From: Eledone cirrhosa
Taxonomy: Eukaryota
NCBI GenBank assembly: GCA_964016885.1
Contig: OZ024745.1
Location: forward strand, 10,850,001 to 10,914,000
Length of the DNA: 64,000 nucleotides
Direction of reading: 5' to 3'
The position numbers were made by a program, and so were the translations under genes. Below the pieces are notes generated by a model. It made no database searches. It was not told where the DNA came from and was given only the letters and a program-made list of their open reading frames with translations. Positions 1 to 11,066 of this stretch are shown one piece after another; positions within the stretch are counted from its first letter, which is position 1, and the number at the start of each line of letters is the position of its first letter.

Positions 1-507
1 TTGTGTGCCTGTATGCCATTTCAAAACTTGGACGTTAATCTGAAAGAACGAAAGATATGGTGCATGTGAGATCACGGGGAAATACAGGTTCGGCTAAAGA
101 AGGAAGCAATAACGAATTCGGTAGACGTTAAACATGAGAAACTATTTATTACATGAGACAACATAATTATTGTACCTGCCATATCGAATTTTGGTCGCTA
201 TCCTGGATTTCCGGCATATTGGATGGTCGTAATGCAAATAAAATACCATAAATGAGTTTATCGACCCCCAAAACCCCCATTGTGACGAAAACATATCGAG
301 TATAGGTGCAATAATAGCGGACTTTTCCTTCTTTTCGACCATCCTCAACTTCAGGGGGTATGTACAAGGGGTTCCGGCTCTCGGGAAAATTTTTAGTATG
401 ATTTCAGTGAATGGTATGGGTCACTACATATTTTAAAGGGGGCCCGGAAAAAATCCATATTTATTACCCCCCCCTATACTATTAGCATTGGTTTCTAAGC
501 TGGGTTC

Positions 508-508
<1 letters not shown>

Positions 509-538
<30 letters not shown>

Positions 539-596
539 TGTATGTATGTATGTATGTATGTATGTATGTATGTATGTATGTATGTATGTATGTATG
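509..596. repeat. (TATG)n microsatellite; further tracts at ~923-983, ~1596-1662 and ~2017-2087
   Basis: Directly visible perfect tetranucleotide repeats; source of the MYVC/HTYI pseudo-ORFs. Confidence 0.98.
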
Positions 597-922
597 TTTT
601 CTCTTTCTCTTAATTTCGAGTATATTTTTTTGACCGGCCACCTTCCTGGTGGCAAGGTTGTAAAAGAAAAGAAATTGTCATCCCTTGAATCGCAAGAATG
701 TTTTGTAAATTTTGAAGGTGCCAGCTATCGCAGCCATTTGTAGACTATGAATTAGGGAGCTGCGCTTTTTGTCCGCAAATCCAAGTTCAGTCATACTTTG
801 GTCCAAGCAGGTTGGTATATAACCCGTAGCACCAATAATGATGGGTATGAAGCTAAAGGTATATCTTGGATACTGGATTTGTAAACTCCTCATCAATGGT
901 CCGTAGATGTCCTCCTTCTCCT
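597..922 (-). mobile_element. 3' fragment of an RLE-type non-LTR retrotransposon (R4/Dong-like), copy 1
   Basis: Minus strand reads QEKEDIYGPLMRSLQIQYPRYTFSFIPIIIGATGYIP...[13 protein letters not shown]. This fits the C-terminus of a restriction-like endonuclease (EK..KY..L...L.....PIIIGA.G.IP). A short 3' UTR follows and ends in (CATA)n. Confidence 0.8.
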
Positions 923-986
923 GTATGTATGTATGTATGTATGTATGTATGTATGTATGTATGTATGTATGTATGTATGTATGTTA

Positions 987-1262
987 TGTCAGGTCACCAG
1001 TTGGTGCTACTGGTAACATGTATCCCAGTACAACCTGTCTCATGGTCGAGTCGTTGGCGACTAAACTGGCAACCCCACCAAGGTTTCTTGGTGAGGAGGG
1101 TGACTTTGGACATCCTGCAGGACTAAAAACAAAACCTGTCAAAGGGAAAAGGAGCTCTTAAGAGTCAATGGCCATCCAAAATCACCGGGAGAGATGACCC
1201 CTTAGCCTTTGTCAAGGCAGAATTCTAGGAGAAGGAAAACTCTGATATAACACCTGCAACCC
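987..1262 (+). mobile_element. Probable RTE-clade LINE 5' UTR fragment
   Basis: GC-richer segment containing TCTAGGAGAAGGAAAACTCTGA, which I recall from RTE-family 5' UTRs; no coding match seen. Confidence 0.35.
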
Positions 1263-1662
1263 TGATGGTATCCAATGATGTCGACTTGTTCTTCTTTTTG
1301 ATAAATATCATCTTGGTTAAGAGAGTGGGACTGGCTTTGTGCAGTGCCTTTGCTCACTATAAAAGCTTCACGGCACAGGCATTGCTTTATATCTGGTGAT
1401 CTCTCTGCACTTGTCATCACATGGTACCATGGGCACAGCACTATGTGTCAGTAATTGTCACAAGTGTAGTGTTTGTACCAGAGTTTTCAAGTCGCTGGCT
1501 GGACTAAAAAGTCACACTCGTTCAGCGCATCGGTAGGGGTTCTCCTACATGGATATAAAGTAGTGACCGTACTCGAAAACGAGTTGGCAGCCACCATGTA
1601 TGTATGTATGTATGTATGTATGTATGTATGTATGTATGTATGTATGTATGTATGTATGTATG

Positions 1663-2015
1663 TCTCTTTCTCTTAATTTCGAGTACATTTTTTTTGACCG
1701 GCCACCTTCCTGGTGGCAAGGTTGTAAAAGAAAAGAAATTGTCATCCCTTGAATCGCAAGAATGTTTTGCAAATTTTAAAGGTGCCAGCTATCGCAGCCA
1801 TTTGTAGACTATGAATTAGGGAGCTGCACTTTTTGTCCGCAAATCCAATTTCAGTCATACTTTGGTCCGTAGCTCCAATAATGATGGGTATGAAGCTAAA
1901 GGTGTATCTTGGATAATGGATTTGTAAACTCCTCATCAAGGTATTTTTCTGACAACGTTTACATCAAGTGGGCAGCTGATCTCCACAACAGAACACGTTT
2001 TCAATGTGTGGTCCC

Positions 2016-2016
<1 letters not shown>
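1663..2016 (-). mobile_element. 3' fragment of the same R4/Dong-like LINE, copy 2
   Basis: Near-identical to 597-897 apart from small deletions. Extends upstream into WDHTLKTCSVVEISCPLDVNVVRKI, an RLE E-x-S-C-P-x-D motif. Flanked by (TATG)n. Confidence 0.8.
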
Positions 2017-2046
<30 letters not shown>

Positions 2047-2160
2047 TGTATGTATGTATGTATGTATGTATGTATGTATGTATGTATGTGTATGTATGTA
2101 TGTGTGCGCGCATGTGTGTGTGTATGTATGCATGTATGTATATGTGTATGTATATATATG

Positions 2161-2217
<57 letters not shown>

Positions 2218-2574
2218 TATATATATGTGTATGTATGTGGATGGGGGGTAAACATCCGTTCAACATTTTTCAAAACAAAATTCTCGGATAAACAAACCCC
2301 AAATCTGTAGTGTTTATTTTTTATTTGTTATTTTATAAACTATTTACTCTAGTCAGACGATACCTTTTGAAATATGAGGAAACCATGAAGAAACCATCTT
2401 GTATTTCTTATGTATTTCAAATTTCTTCCATTTTTTAATTTTTCACCTCGATTTTTCCCTTTGATCTCCATGGAAACTTCTTTTTTATTAAGGTTTGAAA
2501 GGATTAAAAAAATATGTTTTTCATATATTTAAATATTTGTTTAAGAAGTTCATAAGTTCGTATCGCAATTTTAG

Positions 2575-2877
2575 TTAGCATGTTGGGAACATGATCGGGA
2601 GTTCGATTCCTGGCGACACATTTTGTCCTTGAGCAAGTCACTTTATTTTACGTTTTTCTTGTCAATTCAGCTGGCAAAAAATGAGTTGTCCTTGTGATTT
2701 AAAGGGCCAGCTTTGCTCCACACAATGTCGGGTCTACTCTCTCCGAGAATTACGTTAAATGTACACGTGTCTGTGAACTGTTCAGCTACTAGCATGTTAA
2801 TTACATGAACAGGCGATTCCATTAATCAAGATCAAATAACTGGAACACTCATCGTCTCAACAGACGTAGTGCCAACA
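2575..2877 (+). mobile_element. Degenerate tRNA-derived CORE-type SINE
   Basis: B-box GTTCGATTCC followed by CORE-like TGTCCTTGAGCAAGTCACTTTATTT...CAGCTGGCAAAAAATGAGT. Confidence 0.7.
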
Positions 2878-2893
2878 TATATATATATATATA

Positions 2894-3157
2894 GGTGAAG
2901 GCGCATGGCTTAGTGGTCTTTTTTTCATATTGCTCCAGTTTACTCAGCTGTAGAAATGAGATGATAGGATTGGGGTCTCTATCATTAAATTACCCAAGAC
3001 ACCTCCAACGAGATATACCTTGGAGGAGGCCAGCTAAACCTGCATAGGTGTGAGTTGTAACATGATAGGACTGGGTCCCTATCATTAAATTACCCGAGAC
3101 ACCTCCAACGAGATATACCTTGGAGGAGGCCAGCTAAACCTGCAGAGGGGTGAGCTG

Positions 3158-3160
<3 letters not shown>
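2894..3160 (+). mobile_element. CORE-type SINE (family A), internally deleted, with its ~99-bp 3' tail duplicated in tandem
   Basis: Head GGTGAAGGCGCATGGCTTAGTGG (A-box). The tail GATAGGA...CAAGACACCTCCAACGAGATATACCTTGGAGGAGGCCAGCTAAACCTGCA...GTGAGCTGTCA occurs twice (~2962-3060 and ~3063-3160). Matches the copies at 11993 and 14464. Confidence 0.8.
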
Positions 3161-3219
<59 letters not shown>

Positions 3220-3249
3220 CATATATAGATACTATATTATACAATATAT

Positions 3250-3410
3250 GGCAGCGAATTGGCAGAGTCGTTAGAATGTCATATAGAATGCTTTATGGTA
3301 TTCCTTCCGGCTCTCTGCTCTCTGAGTTAAAATTTCGTCAAGGTCAACTTTACCTCTTTCATCCTTCCAAGGTTGATAAAAAAAGAACCAGTCTAGTACT
3401 GGGGTCGATT
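3250..3410 (+). mobile_element. tRNA-derived SINE (family B) with a Nin/Deu-like central domain
   Basis: TGGCAGAGTCGTTAGA A-box, degenerate GAGTTAAAAT B-box, then CTTTCATCCTTCCAAGGTTGATAAAA...ACCAGT. Confidence 0.7.
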
Positions 3411-3524
3411 CTTTCTTTGGAAAAAATCTGCTGTACTCAGGCCTGGAGAGGGATGGGCTCAGCCAGGCTTAAAATGTCCAAGAATCACCATATGTCAATA
3501 TGACGCCCCTACCATTCTATGATG

Positions 3525-3691
3525 AGTTACGGGACCATACATACATTATACAATATACATAGATAACAGGTTTAGATACCGATGTTTCTCAGAGTTCGTT
3601 CTGAGGAACCCCGGGCTTAAACATTTGGAGTTCTGCAAGATCATGTATCTTTTATAGATATTGTATATACATTATACATGGTCCCGTAACT
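3525..3691. repeat. Short inverted-repeat element (MITE-like)
   Basis: AGTTACGGGACCAT (3525-3538) and ATGGTCCCGTAACT (3678-3691) form a perfect 14-bp inverted repeat, with an inner TATACAATAT/ATATTGTATA pair. Confidence 0.55.
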
Positions 3692-3756
3692 TCCGAGAGA
3701 GGCGTACGATCTGAATTACGGAAAATAAACAGTCCTGTTTGATACTTTAAATGTCG

Positions 3757-3842
3757 TAGACGAGTCGGTTGAAAAGTCCATAGGCTGACTATGAAGGAGT
3801 GATGCTAGAGCTGTGAAATCTTGAATGCATTAATTTCAACTC
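3757..3842 (+). mobile_element. Tc1/mariner-type terminal fragment
   Basis: ACGAGTCGGTTGAAAAGTCCATAGGCTGACTATGAAGGAGTGATGCTAGAGCTGTGAAAT resembles a TA-CGAGGG mariner end. A second copy lies in reverse at 11495-11602. Confidence 0.6.
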
Positions 3843-3867
3843 CCCCTTCTCTCTACCCTCTCTCTCT

Positions 3868-3937
<70 letters not shown>

Positions 3938-4098
3938 CGATTCTTTATCTGTTAGAACACGAAAAGTGTGAAACAACAGAATGTTCACTTTTCGTGTTCT
4001 AACATATATGCCTAGCTTCTTCATAAATTTTTCGGGGATAGCCGTGGTGGTGGTGATCGTATGTCATTGGCTAATTTTCAACCAATCAGAGTAAGTGT

Positions 4099-4162
<64 letters not shown>

Positions 4163-4164
<2 letters not shown>

Positions 4165-4490
4165 CCCCTCTCTCTATATATATCTTACGCTTTCGCTTTA
4201 CACTCCTCCCCTTCAATAACACATTTCCCACTCTCTATATATCTCTTCCACTGTTACTTACGCCTGTTTCTCTCTATCTGTTCCGTCTCTATATATATCT
4301 CTCTTACTCTTTCGCTTTGCACTCCTCCCCTTCAATACCATCTCTCCCCCTCTCTATATATTTGTTACTCTATCGCTGCACGCTCCTCTCCTTCAATATA
4401 TCAATTACACACGCTTTACACTCCTTTATCCCCAGCGCCCCTATATATACACCCCCCTCCCGCATCTATATTTTAATGTTCCGTTGCACC
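4163..4490. repeat. Degenerate pyrimidine-rich minisatellite (~60-bp units)
   Basis: Recurrent TTAC(G/T)CT(T/A)TCGCT...C(A/G)CTCCT(C)CCCTTCAATA...CTCTCTATATAT motifs. Confidence 0.55.
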
Positions 4491-4604
4491 GTGAATATAT
4501 GTGTCTATATATATATACATATATATTGTATATACACATTCATGTATGTGTATACACACTCATGTATGTATATACACTGGTTTTATGTGTGTATTGTAAA
4601 TTTG

Positions 4605-4712
4605 TACTGTTAAAACACGAAACTAACATTCGATTGACACTTTGATTACCTGTACAGGCAATAGTTATTAGAATGCTGTTGAAGTGTGTATATATTTTTG
4701 GGGGACATCCTG
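4605..4712. mobile_element. Tc1/mariner-type right end
   Basis: Ends in TTTTTGGGGGACATCCTG|TA, the reverse complement of a TA-CAGG(A/G)TGTCCC TIR. The inner boundary is uncertain. Confidence 0.45.
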
Positions 4713-5515
4713 TATATACACACATTATATATAATACAATAAACAGATAAATACACACATATATATATGAGCTTATTTAATTATAAATATTGTGAATTTT
4801 TAACTCAGTTCAATTATATATATAAATGGCTTCTACAGGACTAGAACTGTTTCATTCGAAAGAAATCATCATAATATTGAGAGGGGGGACTAGATAAAAT
4901 ATTTCAAATCAAATGTGTATAAGTTATAAGTTAAAATGTATAAATAGAGACGATAGTGGAGGTATATCTGTTTAGTGGAACAGTAGACGATAGAATTAAA
5001 TACAGACGAGAATCTCCCTTTAATGAAACAGCAGACGATAGAATTAAGGCAATTTAAATTTTAAACATTTGCATTTTTGCCTTTCATCGTTACGGGGTCG
5101 ATAAAATAAAGTACCAGTAATACACTGTCACTATAAGTAGACGACTTTCAAATTGAATTGTTGGTTCCATTTCTTTAGTATTTTCAATTGTAGTTATCTA
5201 CTTAAAAAGCGTTACACGGTTAGAGACATAATTGGTAAGTTATATCTTCCCTATTAAACCATTGCATTATTTCGCCTACAATAGAACAAAAACGAAATGT
5301 TCTTTAAAGAAACAGGAATATAACTTTATAAAAAAAAAAGTTGCATCCGCTTCTTTTATCATTGATAATTTTTTCGTTTTAATATTAATTGTTTTTTGTA
5401 GTTGTTTATATTAAAAATCTTACTGTAATATTTACTTAAACGAAGGCAGACATCTAAACTTATAGATTAATCTTGAGCGAAGGACTAGATAAATCTCTCT
5501 CTCTCTCTCTCTCTC

Positions 5516-5709
5516 AACGAAGAATGATAACATTTCAAGCAAAGAGTTTAATTAGGTAATGACTTACAAATTTGTTTCAGTATATCTTTAATATAATATT
5601 ATTAACTAATTATTATAATTAGCGCTTCAGGCTTTGTCTATATACTGAAACAAATTTGTAAGTCATTACCTAATTAAACTCTTTGCTTGAAATGTTATCA
5701 CTCTTCGTT
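5516..5709. repeat. Inverted repeat with 70-bp arms (5516-5585 / 5640-5709) and a 54-bp spacer
   Basis: AACGAAGAATGATAACATTTCAAGC...GTTTCAGTATAT mirrored by ATATACTGAAAC...GCTTGAAATGTTATCACTCTTCGTT, with about one mismatch. Confidence 0.9.
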
Positions 5710-5899
5710 TTGAATTTCTCCTAAGTATTCAATACTCTGTTGAGAAATACATTTTACATAAACAGTCTTTGTACCATTTATACGGCATTAATTACTTATA
5801 TTTATATATATATATATATATAGCGTATGATTAGAACTGTGTTTATTATTAATATTTTAATGGATTTAATGAAAAATTTTAGGTGTTCATATATATATT

Positions 5900-5961
5900 C
5901 TAAAAATGCGCGAAATCGTGAATCCGCGATAGTTGAACCGCCAAGTAGCGAGGTATCACTG
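5900..5961. mobile_element. pogo/Tigger-like TIR (one end only)
   Basis: CCGCGATAGTTGAACCGCCAAGTAGCGAGGTATCACTG|TA is the reverse complement of a TA-CAGT..CCTCG end typical of Tigger-type elements. Confidence 0.55.
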
Positions 5962-5989
5962 TATATATGTTTAAATATATAGTGTAGCT

Positions 5990-6454
5990 GTGATGTATCT
6001 CGCGAGTGAATCGAGACCTGTCACTGATTTTGGTGTCCCCACTGCCGATGTGAATGAGCAACGCTGCACTTGTGAATTGGGTCTTGATGTTGCAGGCAGT
6101 TCATATACTTACAATGATGCGGTCCCACAAGCTTGTTCACATTCCTGTGCTAATAATCTAGATGGGCGTATTAAATTGGATGTGAAAGCAGCTTACCGGA
6201 TGCGGAATCGGGAGAAGTTGAGACAAAAACAGGCCGATTATAGAGCTGTGAATTTTGCTAAATTAACACAAAAACAGGCCAAGTATAGATGTTCAAAACG
6301 GTATGAGTTGGCAAACAAGCAGGCCAAGTATAGATCTGCAAATTCAGCTATTATATCTCAAAAGCAAGCCGAGAGTAGAGCTTCTAAACGTACCGAGTTG
6401 GCTAAAGAGCAGACCAAGTACAGATCTGCAAATATCTTATTGCACAAACAATAA
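5990..6454 (+). pseudogene. ORF fragment with six 15-aa basic helical repeats, probably TE- or virus-derived
   Basis: YRMRNREKLRQKQAD YRAVNFAKLTQKQAK YRCSKRYELANKQAK YRSANSAIISQKQAE SRASKRTELAKEQTK YRSAN. The 45-nt DNA period is diverged while the frame stays open. Confidence 0.45.
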
Positions 6455-6481
6455 TTCTGCACAAATGTTGCTCCATTATTT

Positions 6482-6662
6482 TGGCAGTATTGGTAGAGGG
6501 TCGGATGCCATGCTTTCCAGCATAGTTACGTCCCTTTACGATCTGAGTTCAAATCCTGCCGAGGTTGACTTTGCCTTTCATCCTTACGGGGTAGATAAAA
6601 TAAAGTACCAGTAATGCACTGGGTAATTGCTGGCCTTGTGCCTAAAGTAGAAACAATTATTA
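6482..6662 (+). mobile_element. SINE family B (Nin/Deu-like)
   Basis: TGGCAGTATTGGTAGA A-box, GAGTTCAAATCC B-box, GTTGACTTTGCCTTTCATCCTTACGGGGTAGATAAAATAAAGTACCAGT, and the tail GCTGGCCTTGTGCCTA.AGTAGAAACAATTATT. Confidence 0.8.
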
Positions 6663-6844
6663 GATCTAATGTTGTAACGATACAGTTAAATGTTGTCTGT
6701 GTATTTTAAAAAAGATTTGCTTATAATCTTTTCAAATTTCATTACGCCAATGATTCAAGCTCAAATTGACATTATCTAAAAAATTGTACAAACAGCGGTG
6801 GATTAGCAGTAGTGAACAGATAAATCAGTCAATTTATTAAGATT

Positions 6845-7500
6845 GACTTGGCATCAATCAGCAAAACCTTCATTAGCTGCTCTCCAGCCATCTATTTAAA
6901 GCTGTATACATCTATGGTACGAATACACTTGGAGTTCGCGTCATCAGTCTGGAACCCCTATCTTGCTCAGAACATTGACCTCCTGGAAACTGTTCAGAGA
7001 CATGCAACCAAGCGCATACCCTCCATCAGACACCTACCATACCCTGAATATTTTGCTTCCCTCTGGCAATGGACTTGGTAAACACCCACAAAGTTATTAA
7101 CCATCCGACCAACAACAACCCCGAACACCTTTTTGATCTCCATGTGTCTAACACGTGGACATGCCTACAAAGTCAGAAAACAACACAGCTCCCATGACTT
7201 TAGGAAATATTTCTTCATGCTCAGAGTTGCTGAAGGATGGAACAAACTTCCTGCATCAGTTGTTAGCTGATGACACACTGCATCCTTTAAAACCATCATA
7301 CATTCCGAAATACACCAAAACTACACCTGATGTCCCCCTTCCATACATATGCACATATGTGTATATCATGACTCATGCACTGTTCTTTTTTCCTGACGTT
7401 TTTATATTACCCTATGTATTATATATGCACTTTTGATGAGTTCTAGTGCACCTCAGCATTGTACACAATATTTTCATTATTATTATCATTATTATTATTA
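6845..7500 (+). mobile_element. CR1-type LINE 3' fragment (RT C-terminus plus 3' UTR)
   Basis: LYTSMVRIHLEFASSVWNPYLAQNIDLLETVQRHATKRIP, then TRGHAYKVRKQHS..DFRKYFF..RVAEGWNKLP in another frame. Frameshifted; ends in (ATT)n. Confidence 0.85.
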
Positions 7501-7969
7501 CACTCATTGATCCATTTTGCACTAACTCTGCATCAAGCACCCTCACCTAAATATTAACCAATCAAGGATCCAATACAGCTATCTGTTGGATGAGTATTGT
7601 ATAGTGCCAAAAACGAAACCAATCAGTTTAGCAGAAAGTTTCCAGACAAGAAACACGCATATTTTGCTATCCTCAAACACGTTTACACATGGCATGAAAT
7701 ATAACTAATCCGAGATGGCTAGGTTTCATCTTCTAATTGGATATACGAAATCCATTATGTCTTGACAACAACATGAGGTAACATTATGTTATTCACAGAC
7801 ACACTTTGTACACTGTTCCATATCAGAATGTATTTCCTTCGTCACATTCACAAACAGTATTGAAAATATGTTCTTCGGCAAATAAAAATGTTTTGTTCAT
7901 AATATTTCAACTAGCGATTGCTCTACTCCACGCACGACCACCATAAATTAATGACCAGCTCAACACAAG

Positions 7970-8140
7970 TATTAGTAGAGCGTCAGACACCATGCTTTGC
8001 AGTATTGTTATGGTCCTTTGCATTCTAAGTTCAAATCCTGCCGAGGTTAACTTCGACTTTCATACTTACTAATTCGATAAAATAAAGTACCAGTAATGGA
8101 CTGCCGTAATCGATTTGTGCCGAAAAATAGAAACACTATT
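7970..8140 (+). mobile_element. SINE family B, degenerate
   Basis: GTTCAAATCCTGCCGAGGTTAACTTCGACTTTCAT...GATAAAATAAAGTACCAGT; homologous to 6482 and 10760. Partial copies also at ~5078-5125 and ~12882-12930. Confidence 0.7.
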
Positions 8141-8692
8141 AATGTGCAATAAGAGCAAAATATAACGACATTGCTCAATTATTTTATCTAATGTTGTAAT
8201 AACACAAGGAAATGTTGTTTGTGTATTTTTTTTTTATATTTGCTCATAGGCTTTTACAATTTCGCTCAGCCAACAACTATTAAAAAGTGAGTTGCTTAAG
8301 ATAACAATTTAATCACAAATTGTTGCTATCTTTTAATACACTCCAACAAGTCATCAAATTATGTACAATAAAAACAAATCTTATTAATTTGCTCAGGGAA
8401 TATAAAGAAAATGTATATACACTGATAATTGCAATTGTATGTAAATATTTTGTTTTTGTATTGTTTATTTTATGTTTTCTATTATGTATAATATATTGAT
8501 TTAATATTGATTGTTTTTTGTAGTTGTTTATATTAAAAGTCTGAAAATATTTTTATACATCTTACACTAATATTTATAAGATAATTTATAATAACAATTA
8601 CATAATCTAATTACATTACAACGATAATTTATTATTAATATATATCCTGTTTAACTAGAGTTATTACAAGCGTTGCCTTAAAAAAATATTAA

Positions 8693-9649
8693 ACTAGACA
8701 TGAAAAATGCGCAAGCTCAAAAGTGCCACAGAATGTTATAATAAACCTTCAAAAGTGTGGGACTAGAGTTGTTGCTAAAAAATATTGTAATCATTATATA
8801 TCGTACATTCTGTGGCATCCTTTATAAAAATAGCTTAAACCAACGAAGCCTTTATTTTTACGCTATTTCACTTAGTTAATTCTTAGAGTGTAACATATAA
8901 AAATAAATACATCTATGTTTAATGTAATAACAGCTATAAATAATTACGTAATATTATTATCATATACTCATAGTAACAAAATAATTGTGTTGAAAATTAA
9001 TATGATGCTTATATGAACGATCAAATCTATAATGATAATTTCTTAAATATACTAATAGTAAAATAATTTAGTTATCTATTGTTACATTTTCATAGAACTA
9101 TAATATTAACAATCGTATTGCATTATCAAATTTTTATCACTACAAACTTTCATATTGGAATTACCTTAAGCCACTTATTATTACTTCGCTTTCGTACTTT
9201 TACAGCTGTAGATATTGCGCTGTATCTTATATCTAATATCAATATCTCATGGTAATTTGCATGCAGTGTAAAATAGGTTTATTAATAACTTTAATATGAA
9301 ATGTATTATACAGGGCTGCGGAGTCGGCCAAAAATTGACTGGCTCCAACTCAGGATCCGATACTCCATTATTTCCTAAATTTCAGCTCCGCAGCTCTGTT
9401 ATTATATTAATTAATTTATTTTATAGTTGTAAATCATATTTTTATATGTTACACTCTAAGAATTAACTAAGTGAAATGGCGTAAAAATAAAGGCTTCGTT
9501 GGTTTAAGCTATTTTTATAAAGGATGCCACAGAATGTACGATATATAATGATTACAATATTTTTTAGCAACAACTCTAGTCCCACACTTTTGAAGGTTTA
9601 TTATAACATTCTGTGGCACTTTTGAGCTTGCGCATTTTTCATGTCTAGT
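8693..9649. repeat. Long inverted repeat with 213-bp arms (8693-8905 / 9437-9649) and a 531-bp AT-rich spacer
   Basis: The arms are near-perfect reverse complements (ACTAGACATGAAAAATGCGCAAGC... / ...GCTTGCGCATTTTTCATGTCTAGT). The right end abuts (TA)n. Confidence 0.92.
9311..9398. mobile_element. 88-bp MITE, probably hAT superfamily
   Basis: TIRs CAGGGCTGCGGAG / CTCCGCAGCTCTG. The 8-bp flanks GTATTATA and TTATTATA match at 7/8, consistent with an 8-bp TSD. Confidence 0.7.
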
Positions 9650-9833
9650 ATATATATATATATATATAGTTATACTTGGAGAGGATCATATTGTTGTAAT
9701 AATATTGCCAGAAATAATAACAGAACACACTCACTGTTTGGTTGGTTTTCGCTTCTGTATCTTTTATATCTCCATAGTTAATTTATTTGGCCATCAATGT
9801 TCATCATTGATTGACCAACGGTTAAAAATACAG

Positions 9834-9911
<78 letters not shown>

Positions 9912-9995
9912 ATCAAAGATATTTCGTTGCACACCTGCAACATCATCATCAGTGGTACTATTATTTTGTTCCCTCCTATTGTATTGTATTGTAAG

Positions 9996-10055
<60 letters not shown>

Positions 10056-10425
10056 CTTGACTTAGTTCTTTTAGAGGAATTAGGGCTTGCGTTTCCACGC
10101 GTTCTTGTGTTACTGTATGTACATATATGTGTGTGTATGCATGTATCTATATTGCATTTGTATGTATGTGTCTGTCTGTGTGTGCTAAAGGTAAGCTATT
10201 TCTTGTTCTATCTTTGCATATTTCTCTCGCCTTCCTCTCCCCGCCTTTCTTTTTCTCCATAAAAATACTTTTAGTAGCAATTGTGCGAAAATTATCTTTG
10301 AACAATGTCAACAATGGCAAAAGGATGAAAGTTTGTGATTTCCATTCTCTGATATAAATTATCTGAGTAAATACGAGACTGGAAATCAATTCAAGCGACT
10401 ATGGCGCGGCTGGCGATCATTTCAG

Positions 10426-10498
<73 letters not shown>

Positions 10499-10759
10499 CT
10501 AAATTTAGTACTAGCTAACTCTAGCATATTTCTAATTCTCTAAAAAGAATGTGCCACGGTTTTGGGGATTGCCATTTCTTTAGATACGATCGCATTTCCG
10601 GGATTGTTATAGAGAAGTACAAAACATGTTAGGAATTTATGTCAATGGAATCGGTCAAATTATTTTTAGACGCCATCCATCACTCCTATTCTATGTTTGT
10701 TTACCATTTCATTCTTAGCTAATGTTTTGTATTTATTTATTGATAGATTTTCATCTTTT

Positions 10760-10961
10760 GGCAGAGTCGTTAGAGCATCGGACAACATGCTTTGCATTAT
10801 AGGACCCTTTATATTCTGAGTTCAAATCCCGCCGAGGTTAGCTTTACCTTTTACTCTTATGGGGTAAATAAAATAAAGTACCAGTAATGCACTGGGGTCA
10901 ATTTAATCGACCCCCCCCTTCAAATTGCTGGCCTTGTGCCTATAGTAGAAACAATTATTAT
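10760..10961 (+). mobile_element. SINE family B (Nin/Deu-like), near full length
   Basis: GGCAGAGTCGTTAGAGC A-box, GAGTTCAAATCCC B-box, central domain, and tail ending GTAGAAACAATTATTA. Confidence 0.8.
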
Positions 10962-11066
10962 TTTGCACATTATCACAACATTACCGAGCGGAAGTCTGTG
11001 CACTTCGGGTATGTGTAGTGTTTCTATTGTATTGAGTACTCTTTGTTATATATGTACAGTACATAG

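Noticed and set aside
987-1120. HDV-like or twister ribozyme in the putative RTE 5' UTR
   Set aside because: Some hairpins and a CTAA-ACTGG/CCAGT pairing are present, but I could not assemble P1, P1.1 and a canonical L3.
510-2291. ORFs made of MYVC, HTYI, YI, HT or CV repeats (also at 4095, 9927, 13509, 14004 and 53371-57837)
   Set aside because: Translations of stop-free microsatellites.
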